From: an uncultured Pelagibacteraceae bacterium
GTDB taxonomy: Bacteria > Pseudomonadota > Alphaproteobacteria > Pelagibacterales > AG-422-B15
NCBI GenBank assembly: GCA_902544525.1
Contig: CACCCN010000004.1
Coordinates: forward strand, 1,083-65,082
DNA length: 64,000 nt
Reading direction: 5' to 3'
The position numbers and the translations under genes are program-made. How positions within the stretch are numbered: position 1 is the stretch's first letter; each line of letters starts with the position of its first letter. Positions 39,033-48,145 of the stretch are shown piece by piece. The notes beneath the pieces were generated by a model that worked only from the letters and a program-made list of their open reading frames with translations, had not been told where the DNA came from and made no database searches.

Positions 39033-39107
39033 TTTAAAACTATCTATAGTCGAAACATCTTAATATTAAGTATATTATTTATAGTTATTAATGAAGTAAG
39101 ATAAATA

Positions 39108-39272
39108 ATGAAAAATAAACATATAAACTTCCTTGGATGGGTACTTTTTATTATATCAGCTATAGGATTTTGCATTTCTAGTATAGGCCATTTTTGGTCA
39201 ATGTTTGGAAGCATCTTCTTTTTAATTGCTTGTTTGGTTTTTTTAATTCCATTTTTTAAAAATGAAGAGTAA
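39108..39272 (+). CDS. Unannotated 54-aa two-TM small protein
   Basis: Hand translation gives MKNKHINFLGWVLFIISAIGFCISSIGHFWSMFGSIFFLIACLVFLIPFFKNEE. It fills a 254-bp gap and is below the ORF-track cut-off. Confidence 0.35.
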   Translation: MKNKHINFLGWVLFIISAIGFCISSIGHFWSMFGSIFFLIACLVFLIPFFKNEE

Positions 39273-39286
39273 ATAGTGATACAGAT

Positions 39287-39784
39287 ATGGTTGCTAGTTT
39301 ATTAAAATGGTTTCAAAAGAAAAACTTTGTCGATTTTAGCTGGTTAAAAAAAGCTGAATTCATTGAATTGGATGAAATTGATGTCTCTGAGGATCCTGTA
39401 AGACCTGAATTAGATTTAGCTTGGAGGAAATCTTTTGATCGAAAGATTTATGGCCTTAAGCATAACGACTCAATTCAAGCTATTATGTGTTTAGCATTTA
39501 CTAATGACGTTCCACATACTGTTCGTGAGTTAGATTTAATGAGTAAGGTAACTAAGTATGAAGAAAATGCCGACACGATTATTGCCTATACAGTTTGGTC
39601 TCGAAAAAAAGGAGCTGGCCAAAAAATAATGGAAGAAGCACTTAGTTTTGCTAAAAGTAATGGCTATAAAAGAATTGTGACACTCTCTCCATTAACACCA
39701 ATGGCAACCCATTATCATATTAGAAATGGTGCAAAACTTTTAGGCTTAAATCCTACAACCCAAAATTTTGAATACTCTCTATAA
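39287..39784 (+). CDS. Possible GNAT-fold acyltransferase
   Basis: R-x-x-G-x-G/A-like motif (SRKKGAGQKIMEEAL) followed by a beta-strand and helix, typical of the GNAT motif A region. Otherwise unrecognised. Confidence 0.35.
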   Translation: MVASLLKWFQKKNFVDFSWLKKAEFIELDEIDVSEDPVRPELDLAWRKSFDRKIYGLKHNDSIQAIMCLAFTNDVPHTVRELDLMSKVTKYEENADTIIAYTVWSRKKGAGQKIMEEALSFAKSNGYKRIVTLSPLTPMATHYHIRNGAKLLGLNPTTQNFEYSL

Positions 39785-39805
39785 TTTTTTTAAAAAGGAA
39801 TGACA

Positions 39806-40111
39806 ATGATTACAGTAGTAGTTAAGTTTAAAATATCTGACACATTAACCTCCAAAATTTTAAAAGAAAAATTTATTGAAACTTCTACAATGTACCAAAA
39901 GGTTGATGGATTATTAAGAAAAAATTATATTGCCGATATCGAAAATAAGTATGCTGGAGGGGTATATACATTTGTATCCATGAAAAGTGCTAAAAATTGG
40001 TTTGATGAAGATAGAATTGAATGGATTACGCAGCGATTTTCAAAACCAGAAGTAGCTTATTATGAAAGTCCCGTTATAGTTGATAATGAAAAAAATCTAA
40101 TAATTTCATAA
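39806..40111 (+). CDS. Small YdhR/ABM-like alpha-beta-barrel protein
   Basis: About 100 aa starting MITVVVKFKI. The second ATG was chosen because AAGGA lies 6 nt upstream. Family call is tentative. Confidence 0.35.
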   Translation: MITVVVKFKISDTLTSKILKEKFIETSTMYQKVDGLLRKNYIADIENKYAGGVYTFVSMKSAKNWFDEDRIEWITQRFSKPEVAYYESPVIVDNEKNLIIS

Positions 40112-40136
40112 TCAACAAACATGAAGACTTAAAAAG

Positions 40137-40733
40137 ATGTTAGCCAAAATTTTAGATGATCAAGTCCCTAATCACTTTAAAGGACGATGGGGAGGGCTTT
40201 TTCAATTACTTGGAAGAGTTGTCTTGGGTGCTTCTGGATGGCAAATTATAGGCAAAATACCAAATGAAGAGAGAGTTTTAATCATCGCAGCTCCTCATAC
40301 ATCAAACTGGGATTTTATTCTTGGAATTGCGGCCCTATTTGCACTGAATGTGAATATAAAATGGCTTGGTAAGCATTCAATATTCTTACCGGGGATTGCC
40401 TGGTTCTTTAAATGGTTAGGCGGAATTCCTGTAAATAGAGAAAATCCAAGCTCGCTGATAGATTATGTTGTTCGGACAGTTGAAAAGGAAAAAGGGCTGA
40501 TGATTGGTATGGCTCCTGAGGGATCGAGAAAAAAAACAAGTAGATGGAAAAGTGGTTTTTTAAGAATTGCTGAGCAAACAAATTCAAAAATAGTTTTTCT
40601 ATCGATAGATGCTCCTGTCAAAACTTTAAAGATAGGTGAGATTTATACTCCAAGTGGTGATACTAATCGAGATATAGATTTTGTTATGAATTATTATAAG
40701 CAATTTAAGGGTATTAATCCTGAACAATCATAG
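40137..40733 (+). CDS. PlsC-type lysophospholipid/glycerolipid acyltransferase
   Basis: Hx4D catalytic motif (HTSNWD) and PEGSR block (MAPEGSRK). Confidence 0.75.
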   Translation: MLAKILDDQVPNHFKGRWGGLFQLLGRVVLGASGWQIIGKIPNEERVLIIAAPHTSNWDFILGIAALFALNVNIKWLGKHSIFLPGIAWFFKWLGGIPVNRENPSSLIDYVVRTVEKEKGLMIGMAPEGSRKKTSRWKSGFLRIAEQTNSKIVFLSIDAPVKTLKIGEIYTPSGDTNRDIDFVMNYYKQFKGINPEQS

Positions 40734-40744
40734 AAAAATTATTT

Positions 40745-41374
40745 ATGAAATGTATTGTTTGTAAAAGCAGCAAAGTTATTTTTAGGTATGTAGAAGGTAA
40801 AAAATATTGGACATGTAAATACTGTCTAGCAAAATTTTTAGACAGTAAACATCACTTAGACCCTTTATCGGAGAAGAAACGTTATCTAGAGCACAATAAT
40901 CAGATTAAAGACGAAAAATACAGAAAATTTTTATCAAGACTGTTAAAGCCATTAGAAAAAAAAATATCAAGCAACGATAATGGATTAGAATTTGGATGTG
41001 GACATGGACCAGCCTTAGCAGATATGCTCATCGGTAATGGCTATAAAGTTGATTTATATGATCCATTTTTTTTTCCAAATAAAGATCTTTTAAATAAGCA
41101 ATATAAATTTGTAACGTGCACAGAAACTGTTGAACATTTTTTTGATCCTTATAATGAATTTACTTTACTGGATAAGTTATTATTAAGCGGTGGCTGGCTT
41201 GGGGTTATGACATGTTTTTTAACAGCTGATAGTCAGTTTGATAAATGGTACTATAGAAAAGACCCTACACATGTTGTATTTTATGCGAGGGAAACATTCG
41301 AAATAATAGCAGAACAAAGAGATTGGACTTGTGAGATACCCACTAAAGATATAGTTTTATTTTGTAAAAAATAG
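40745..41374 (+). CDS. Class I SAM-dependent methyltransferase with an N-terminal zinc ribbon
   Basis: CIVC...CKYC at the N-terminus. SAM motif I LEFGCGHG. Confidence 0.7.
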   Translation: MKCIVCKSSKVIFRYVEGKKYWTCKYCLAKFLDSKHHLDPLSEKKRYLEHNNQIKDEKYRKFLSRLLKPLEKKISSNDNGLEFGCGHGPALADMLIGNGYKVDLYDPFFFPNKDLLNKQYKFVTCTETVEHFFDPYNEFTLLDKLLLSGGWLGVMTCFLTADSQFDKWYYRKDPTHVVFYARETFEIIAEQRDWTCEIPTKDIVLFCKK

Positions 41375-41382
41375 ACAAAAAA

Positions 41383-42306
41383 ATGCTTTCAAGACAATTA
41401 ACTGCCACCATTTCCTTGGTCATTGCATCTTTTATATGGGGTACTGCATTTGTAGCGCAAACAACAGGAATGGATTTCATTGGTCCTTTAACGTTTATAA
41501 ATATTCGGTTTTTGATTGGGGTATTAGTAATATTACCGTTTTTCTTAATCGAGAGAAACGTACTATTTAAAGTAGATTTAAAAAGAAAAAATAGACTGTA
41601 TATAATTATTTTTTTAACAGGAGCGTCACTTTTTTTAGGTTCTTTTTTACAGCAATATGCTCTTCAGTATACCAAAGTTGGAAATGCTGCATTTTTAACG
41701 ATCTTATATGTTCCATTTGTTCCAATAATTTCAAGATTTTTTTTAAATAAAAAAATTCATTGGTCTATCTGGCTTTCGGTAAGTATTTGTTTAGCTGGAT
41801 CATACTATTTATCTACAGGCAATTCTTTTAAAGCTCAATCAGCTGATATCATAGTTGCCATTTGTGCCATATTTTTTGCTCTCCATTGCATCTTGATCGA
41901 TGAATTCTTTGAAATTGTCAATGCGCCTTATTCATTGGCATTTTTTCAATTTCTTACATGTTTCATTATTAGCTTTCCATTAATGTTTATTTTTGAAGAA
42001 CCATCATTATCAGGTATTTATGAAGAGATTGGACAATTATTATATGTAGGAGTTATGTCAACTGGGGTTGCTTATACATTGCAAATTATTGGTCAAAATT
42101 ATGTAAAACCATCAACAGCAGTAATAACCTTGTCCCTTGAGGGTGTATTTGCCGCTTTAGCTGCATGGATCATAATATCTCAAGTTCTAACTCCGATTCA
42201 AATATTTGGATCAGTCTTAATCATCTTAGGGGTTGTAATTGCTCAGTTAATTCCATTAGTAAATAAAGAAGCAGCAAATCAAAGATTTTACGATGGTCAA
42301 AAGTAA
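41383..42306 (+). CDS. DMT superfamily (EamA-type) transporter
   Basis: 10 TM helices with two EamA-like repeats. 307 aa. Confidence 0.8.
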   Translation: MLSRQLTATISLVIASFIWGTAFVAQTTGMDFIGPLTFINIRFLIGVLVILPFFLIERNVLFKVDLKRKNRLYIIIFLTGASLFLGSFLQQYALQYTKVGNAAFLTILYVPFVPIISRFFLNKKIHWSIWLSVSICLAGSYYLSTGNSFKAQSADIIVAICAIFFALHCILIDEFFEIVNAPYSLAFFQFLTCFIISFPLMFIFEEPSLSGIYEEIGQLLYVGVMSTGVAYTLQIIGQNYVKPSTAVITLSLEGVFAALAAWIIISQVLTPIQIFGSVLIILGVVIAQLIPLVNKEAANQRFYDGQK

Positions 42307-42607
42307 TAGCAAAAACAAAAAATTTATGAAACTTAAAAATGGAACCAAGTTTGAAATTAAAGTTTGGAATTCAATTTCTAAAATACCTAGAGGCGAAGTT
42401 AGAACATATAAAGAATTGGCTATTCAAATAAATAGACCTAAATCCGCAAGGGCTGTTGCCAATGCTTGTGGAAAAAATCCTTACCCTGTGAAAATACCTT
42501 GTCACAGAGTAATACGTTCAGATGGTAAACTAGGAGGTTACAGTGGTAAAGGTGGAACAAAAACAAAAAAAAAGCTTCTTAAAAATGAAGGTTATTTGTA
42601 TGAGTGA
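42293..42607 (+). CDS. ogt: Methylated-DNA--protein-cysteine methyltransferase, single-domain
   Basis: Active-site PCHRV and YKELA...AVANACGKNP helix-turn-helix region. Only the C-terminal catalytic domain is present. Confidence 0.85.
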   Translation: MVKSNSKNKKFMKLKNGTKFEIKVWNSISKIPRGEVRTYKELAIQINRPKSARAVANACGKNPYPVKIPCHRVIRSDGKLGGYSGKGGTKTKKKLLKNEGYLYE

Positions 42608-42965
42608 TTTACAACCAGATCTACTAATTGATAATTATGTATTTTGCACTTTCCCTCACAAAAAATACGGTGATTTAGAGCACTTAAGTCCAATTGGTTT
42701 TTTTCAAGAAAATGAAGGTATTACATTAGTGATTACTGAAAAAATGGCAAACCTCCATAATCTCAGTTTTGAAGGTATTTTTAAATGCATATCATTGAAG
42801 TTAATATCAACATTATCTAGTGTGGGATTAACTAAGAAAATCGCTAACATATTAGCTAATAAAGATATTAGTGCAAATATTTATGCAGGTTATTATCATG
42901 ATCACATATTTGTACCTTTAGAAAGAGCAGATGAAGCCTTTATGTTACTTTCTGAAAGTAAGTAA
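42600..42965 (+). CDS. ACT-domain-like small protein
   Basis: Start set at the ATG overlapping the ogt stop (ATGAGTGA). Pattern resembles the ACT_7-type uncharacterised family. Tentative. Confidence 0.4.
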   Translation: MSDLQPDLLIDNYVFCTFPHKKYGDLEHLSPIGFFQENEGITLVITEKMANLHNLSFEGIFKCISLKLISTLSSVGLTKKIANILANKDISANIYAGYYHDHIFVPLERADEAFMLLSESK

Positions 42966-42997
42966 TTAGAATATAATTAGTAACTGTAAAAATATAT

Positions 42998-43822
42998 ATG
43001 ACAGAAATAAATCAGACTATTAATGTTGAAAAACTATCTATGATTAAAATAGATAGTTTACCAATGATCACCCCTAGAGATAAGTGGAATAGCCTCAAGC
43101 AGGACTTAAAATATAAATACTTACCATTTCGACTTTATCACCGAATTAGGTGTTTTAAATACGCAAAATATAGAAACCCTGAGCTAAAACTTATTTCAAG
43201 TTTTGTTAACAAGAATCAAAATTCAGTTGATGTCGGAGCGAACTTAGGGCTATTTACTCACTACATGTCTAAATCTTCGAAACATGTTTATGCATTCGAA
43301 CCAAACCCATATCCACTTGAAAACCTGAAATATCTTGTAGATAATAATGTGACAATATTGCCTATAGCGTTGGGAAGTTCAGATGGGCCTACTGAAATCA
43401 GAATTCCTCATCATGCAAATGGCTGGTCTTCTAATGGCGCATCTCTTGCACCAAAATCTAATGAAGGTGGTAAATTAATAAATATTCAATGTAGAAAGCT
43501 TGACAGTTTAAAACTTGAAAATATTGGATTAATTAAAATTGATGTTGAGGGCTTTGAGATGGAAGTAATTATGGGAGCAAAAGATGTAATCAAAGAGCAT
43601 AAGCCGGTAATGATTATTGAAAATGAAATTGTTCATACAAAAGATACAAATGAATTATTTTCAGTTATGGATGAGATGGGTTTTGATAAATATTTTTGTA
43701 ATAGAAACGGAAAGCTAGAACAAATTGAAAATTTTTCAATAAAAGATCATCAAATTAATGCAGCAAATAAAGATATTGATTATATTCAAAATTATATTTT
43801 TATACCTAAAAAAAATAAATGA
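42998..43822 (+). CDS. FkbM family methyltransferase
   Basis: SAM motif VDVGANLGLFT and the downstream IKIDVEGFE block, characteristic of FkbM. Confidence 0.7.
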   Translation: MTEINQTINVEKLSMIKIDSLPMITPRDKWNSLKQDLKYKYLPFRLYHRIRCFKYAKYRNPELKLISSFVNKNQNSVDVGANLGLFTHYMSKSSKHVYAFEPNPYPLENLKYLVDNNVTILPIALGSSDGPTEIRIPHHANGWSSNGASLAPKSNEGGKLINIQCRKLDSLKLENIGLIKIDVEGFEMEVIMGAKDVIKEHKPVMIIENEIVHTKDTNELFSVMDEMGFDKYFCNRNGKLEQIENFSIKDHQINAANKDIDYIQNYIFIPKKNK

Positions 43823-44481
43823 ATAAAACGTTAACAGAAATAATTAATAGTCGTAAATCAATAAGAGCATTCTTAGACAAGCCTGTAGACAATAAAGTAA
43901 TAGAGGAGATGCTTAAAATGGCTTCACAAGCACCGTCAGGAGGCAACCTGCAGCCATGGAAAATCTATGTGATCAATTCTAGCTCAATGGATAAATTTAT
44001 AAATTTTCAAAAAAAATGGAAAGGCAAAGAAGAACCTCCCTATCCAATATATCCAGAAAAACTCAAAGAACCATATAGAACTTCTAGGTACGAAGTGGGT
44101 GAAGAAATGTATTCTTTACTTGGAATAAAAAGAGAAGATAAAGTTGGAAGATTAAATCAGATGCTCAAGAATTTTGATTTTTTTGGCGCTCCAGTTGGCC
44201 TATTTTGTTTTGTTGATAAGCAAATGGGTTTGCCTCAATGGTCTGATTTAGGGATGTTTCTTCAAACTTTTATGTTGTTAGCGGTCGACCAAGATCTTGA
44301 TACTTGCGCTCAAGAGTCTTGGTCTTTAAAGCAAAACTGTGTAAAAGAATTTTTAAAAGTTCCCGATGAATATATATTATTTTGTGGTATGGCTATTGGC
44401 TACGCAGATAAAGATAGTAAAATAAATAAACTACAAACCACAAGAAGGCCAATCGATGATTGGGCAACTTTTGTTAAATAA
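43819..44481 (+). CDS. Nitroreductase family protein
   Basis: RKSIRAF...APSGGNLQPW nitroreductase N-terminal motif. 4-nt overlap with the FkbM gene. Confidence 0.8.
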   Translation: MNKTLTEIINSRKSIRAFLDKPVDNKVIEEMLKMASQAPSGGNLQPWKIYVINSSSMDKFINFQKKWKGKEEPPYPIYPEKLKEPYRTSRYEVGEEMYSLLGIKREDKVGRLNQMLKNFDFFGAPVGLFCFVDKQMGLPQWSDLGMFLQTFMLLAVDQDLDTCAQESWSLKQNCVKEFLKVPDEYILFCGMAIGYADKDSKINKLQTTRRPIDDWATFVK

Positions 44482-44564
44482 ATAATTTATATAAAACAAT
44501 AACTTATATTGAATTTACTGTTTATATAGAAAATTCTAATCAATTAAACTAAAAGACTTAATTT

Positions 44565-45386
44565 ATGAGCAGAAAAACTATTCATGATATTCAAGCTAAA
44601 ACTGGTAAAGAAAAGATTACTTGTTTAACTGCTTATACGGCACCAATAGCAAGATTACTCGACCAGCATGTAGATATTTTATTGGTTGGTGACTCACTTG
44701 GTATGGTATTGTATGAATACGAAAATACGCTTCCCGTTACTCTAGATCAAATGATTGAGCACACAAAATCAGTTATTAAAGCAACTTCAGATTCATGTGT
44801 AATTATGGATCTTCCATTTGGCACATATGAGGAGTCAAAGCAATTAGCATTAAAAAACGCACTAACTGCAATTAAGGATACTAACTGTGCTGGTGTAAAA
44901 TTAGAAGGTGGTACTCTAATAGAAGAAACTGTTAAGTACATAACCGAGAGAGGGGTTCCTGTAATGGGACATATTGGATTGCAACCTCAAAGCGTAATAA
45001 TTGATGGTGGATATAAAATTAAAGGTCGCGATAAATTTGAATGGAAAAAATATATTGATGATGCTGTTGCATTAGAAAGAGCTGGTGCTTTTAGTGTAGT
45101 GTTAGAGGGTATGGCAGAGCCCTTAGCTGAGGAGATAACAAAAACAATAAATATTCCTACTATAGGTATTGGTGCTTCAGCAAAATGTGATGGCCAAGTT
45201 TTGGTAACAGAAGACATGCTTGGATTGACAAATATTTCACCTAAATTTGTTAAGGAGTATGCAAACCTTAGAGCTCCAATAGAAAAAGCTGTGAAACAAT
45301 ATGTCAGTGATGTAAAATTAGGTAAATTTCCTGAGCAACAGCATACTTATCAAATGAAACCTTCAATTGTGAAAGATAATAAGTAA
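44565..45386 (+). CDS. panB: 3-methyl-2-oxobutanoate hydroxymethyltransferase
   Basis: CLTAYT, LLVGDSLGMV and GVKLEGG blocks. Confidence 0.95.
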   Translation: MSRKTIHDIQAKTGKEKITCLTAYTAPIARLLDQHVDILLVGDSLGMVLYEYENTLPVTLDQMIEHTKSVIKATSDSCVIMDLPFGTYEESKQLALKNALTAIKDTNCAGVKLEGGTLIEETVKYITERGVPVMGHIGLQPQSVIIDGGYKIKGRDKFEWKKYIDDAVALERAGAFSVVLEGMAEPLAEEITKTINIPTIGIGASAKCDGQVLVTEDMLGLTNISPKFVKEYANLRAPIEKAVKQYVSDVKLGKFPEQQHTYQMKPSIVKDNK

Positions 45387-45389
45387 ATT

Positions 45390-46031
45390 ATGGCAAATAT
45401 TTTTAATGAAGTTGACGAAGATATTAGAAAAGAGAGGTATAAAAAGCTATGGAGTAGATATGGTAAATATTTAATTGGTTTAGTGATATCTATCATCCTA
45501 ATTTTTAGTATAAATCAATATTTAGTATCAAAGAATATTGCTGATAATAAAAAACTACTGGATGTATATTTTGCAGCAGCAGAAGATATTGAAAAGAATC
45601 AGCTTGAGATAGCATATGAAAATTTAAACAAAATTTATAATGATAAGAATAATACATTAGCTGCTTTTAGTGCTTTTAAACTATCAGAAACTTATCTTGA
45701 GAATAATAATAAGATTGATGCAATTGCTGTACTAGAAAATATCTTTAGTAATTATTCATTAGAAACAATTTATCGGGAACTAGCTTTATACAAGTATATA
45801 ATGATTAATTTTGACGTATTAGATATAAGTGATATTGAAAGTAAAATTAGCATAATTGATAACAAGGAGGGTCAACTCAAACCTTATTTTGAAGAACTTC
45901 TTGGCATTAAATATATTACTATAGGTAATAAATCAAAAGCATCTTTTATATTTGATGAATTATCATCATCGGAAAATACGCCATTTGATTTAAAGGTTAG
46001 ATTAGAAAAATTAATTCAAATAGCTAGTTAA
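45390..46031 (+). CDS. YfgM-like membrane-anchored TPR-like protein
   Basis: Single N-terminal TM helix after a charged head, then a helical repeat region. Sits immediately upstream of bamB-der, as yfgM does. Confidence 0.5.
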   Translation: MANIFNEVDEDIRKERYKKLWSRYGKYLIGLVISIILIFSINQYLVSKNIADNKKLLDVYFAAAEDIEKNQLEIAYENLNKIYNDKNNTLAAFSAFKLSETYLENNNKIDAIAVLENIFSNYSLETIYRELALYKYIMINFDVLDISDIESKISIIDNKEGQLKPYFEELLGIKYITIGNKSKASFIFDELSSSENTPFDLKVRLEKLIQIAS

Positions 46032-46032
46032 A

Positions 46033-47325
46033 ATGAGACTCTTAGTTATTAATCTAATGTTGATAATCATTATTGGATGTTCTAGTAACTCTGATGAGAA
46101 ACTTATTAATGATAGAATATCTCTTCTTTCTTATTCTTCTGAATTAATTGTATCAGCAGATTTAAATCTTAATGAGATTGGATTAAGCGCTCCTAAAGAA
46201 ATTTATTATTGGTCTCAAACAGGACAAAATCCACAAAACAGTTTGCCTCATATACTTGCAAATTTAAAGTTTGAAAATAAACAAAAAATTATTAAAGATA
46301 CTGGCAATTCAACAAACACAATTCAACCAATTTATTTTGAGGGTAACTTATGCAATGTAAGTACAAAAGGACTGCTCAGATGTATCAACGTAAGTAATGA
46401 TGAAATACTTTTTGAAATAGATTTGAAAATAGAAACTGAAGAGAGCTATGATGTATTTAGAGGTGGTTTAGCATATTTTGATGAACGCATTATTTTAGTC
46501 GATGGTTATGGACAAATTAAAGTTATAAATACGATAGACGGCAAAATAATATGGCAAAAAAATATCTCATTGCCCATCTTATCCGCTCCAACCATATATA
46601 GAGGAAACATATATTTTATAACTTCAAATAATAAAATATATTCAATAGATCTTATTAGCGGTGAAACAAAATGGAGTTTTCAAACAGTTTTTGATGATAA
46701 AAAAAGCTTACAGACCGGAGTACCTGCAGCAGTTGAAAATATAATTATTGTTCCCTTTAGCAATGGGGAAATAATTGCATTTCTCTATGATACTGGAAAA
46801 ATAATTTGGTCTGAAAATGCGTCAAAAATATCATCTCTAAGTAATTTTGACATTAAAGATATAGCAGCTAATCCTGTTATAGATAATGATAAAATTTTTA
46901 CAATTAGTAATAATGGTAGACTCTTAGCTACTAATTTGATTGATGGATCTTTAGCATGGTCTATTGAAATATCGGGATCAAATTCCCCAATTTTATCATA
47001 TAATCAAATGTATATAGTTGATGATGATGCAAGATTAATATGCCTTAAAAAGGATACAGGTAAAATTTATTGGATTACTCAACTTGATAAAAATAAAAAA
47101 GGAAAAAAATCAGGTAAATCTAACAATTGGAAGGGGCCTTACTTAATTGACAGTCTTCTTTATCTTATATCAGAGCATGGCGAAGTAGTTTCAGTTTCTC
47201 CAAAAACTAGTGAAATTTTATCTACTAAAAACTTAAATATCTCAGGTATAATAAATAATCCGGTCATAGTGTCTAAAAATATTTATTTAATGGACAGCAA
47301 TTCAAATATTTATCAATTAGATTAA
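46033..47325 (+). CDS. bamB: Outer membrane protein assembly factor BamB (PQQ-like beta-propeller lipoprotein)
   Basis: Lipobox IIIGCSS. Repeated G-x-I/V-x-W propeller blades. Conserved position between yfgM-like and der. Confidence 0.8.
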   Translation: MRLLVINLMLIIIIGCSSNSDEKLINDRISLLSYSSELIVSADLNLNEIGLSAPKEIYYWSQTGQNPQNSLPHILANLKFENKQKIIKDTGNSTNTIQPIYFEGNLCNVSTKGLLRCINVSNDEILFEIDLKIETEESYDVFRGGLAYFDERIILVDGYGQIKVINTIDGKIIWQKNISLPILSAPTIYRGNIYFITSNNKIYSIDLISGETKWSFQTVFDDKKSLQTGVPAAVENIIIVPFSNGEIIAFLYDTGKIIWSENASKISSLSNFDIKDIAANPVIDNDKIFTISNNGRLLATNLIDGSLAWSIEISGSNSPILSYNQMYIVDDDARLICLKKDTGKIYWITQLDKNKKGKKSGKSNNWKGPYLIDSLLYLISEHGEVVSVSPKTSEILSTKNLNISGIINNPVIVSKNIYLMDSNSNIYQLD

Positions 47326-47329
47326 TAAA

Positions 47330-48145
47330 GTGGAGAAAATCAATTTTTTAATTGTAGGCAAGCCAAATTCGGGTAAGTCAACTTTTTACAACACGTTAAA
47401 TAATAAGTATCTCTCTCCTACAGGCCCAGAATCTGGATTGACTAAAGATATTTTTAAAAGTGAAGTTAAGATACTAAATACAAACTTCGTTTTTTTTGAT
47501 ACACCGGGACTTCGTCGTAAAAATAAAATAAATGATAAAAATGAAACAAAACTAACATATGAAGTTATTAATTTAATTGATAAAATTGATGTTGTATTTT
47601 TATTAGTTGACTCCAGTGAAAACTTAACAAAGCAAGACCTCAAAATTGCTGAAATTGTAATAAAAAGAAAAAAAATATTATTTGTTGTATTCAATAAAAT
47701 TGATCTTATCGATGATATTCATAAGTTTAAAAAGGAACAAAAACTTTATTTCTTAGATAATTATAGCCCCGCAAATACTATTAATCTTAAGTTTATCTCT
47801 GCACTTTCTATTGAGAGCATTGAACAAATTTTAAAAACTGTTATTAGAACTTTTAAAATTAAATCACTCAAAATAAGTACTCCAAAACTTAATAATTTTG
47901 TGAGAGATATTCTAAAAAATCAAAAATTTCCTAAAATTAATAAAATTGAAGTTAAGCCGAAGTATATGGTTCAAACTGATGACGATTATCCTAGATTTAA
48001 AGTTTTTCTTAATTCAAGTAAAAAAGTACCCCAGACTTATAGACGCTTTTATGAAAATATACTTAGAAAGAAATTTTCTTTAATTGGTGTGCCAATAAAA
48101 ATAGATTTCATTAACTCGAAAAATCCATATCTGAAGAAAAATTGA
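47330..48145 (+). CDS. der: Der/EngA-derived GTPase with a single G domain plus the Der-type KH-like domain
   Basis: GTG start. G1 GKPNSGKS, G3 DTPG, G4 NKID. The C-terminal PRFKVFLNSSKKVPQTYRRFYENILRKKF...PIKIDF matches the Der KH-like domain. At 271 aa there is no room for a second G domain. Confidence 0.7.
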   Translation: MEKINFLIVGKPNSGKSTFYNTLNNKYLSPTGPESGLTKDIFKSEVKILNTNFVFFDTPGLRRKNKINDKNETKLTYEVINLIDKIDVVFLLVDSSENLTKQDLKIAEIVIKRKKILFVVFNKIDLIDDIHKFKKEQKLYFLDNYSPANTINLKFISALSIESIEQILKTVIRTFKIKSLKISTPKLNNFVRDILKNQKFPKINKIEVKPKYMVQTDDDYPRFKVFLNSSKKVPQTYRRFYENILRKKFSLIGVPIKIDFINSKNPYLKKN

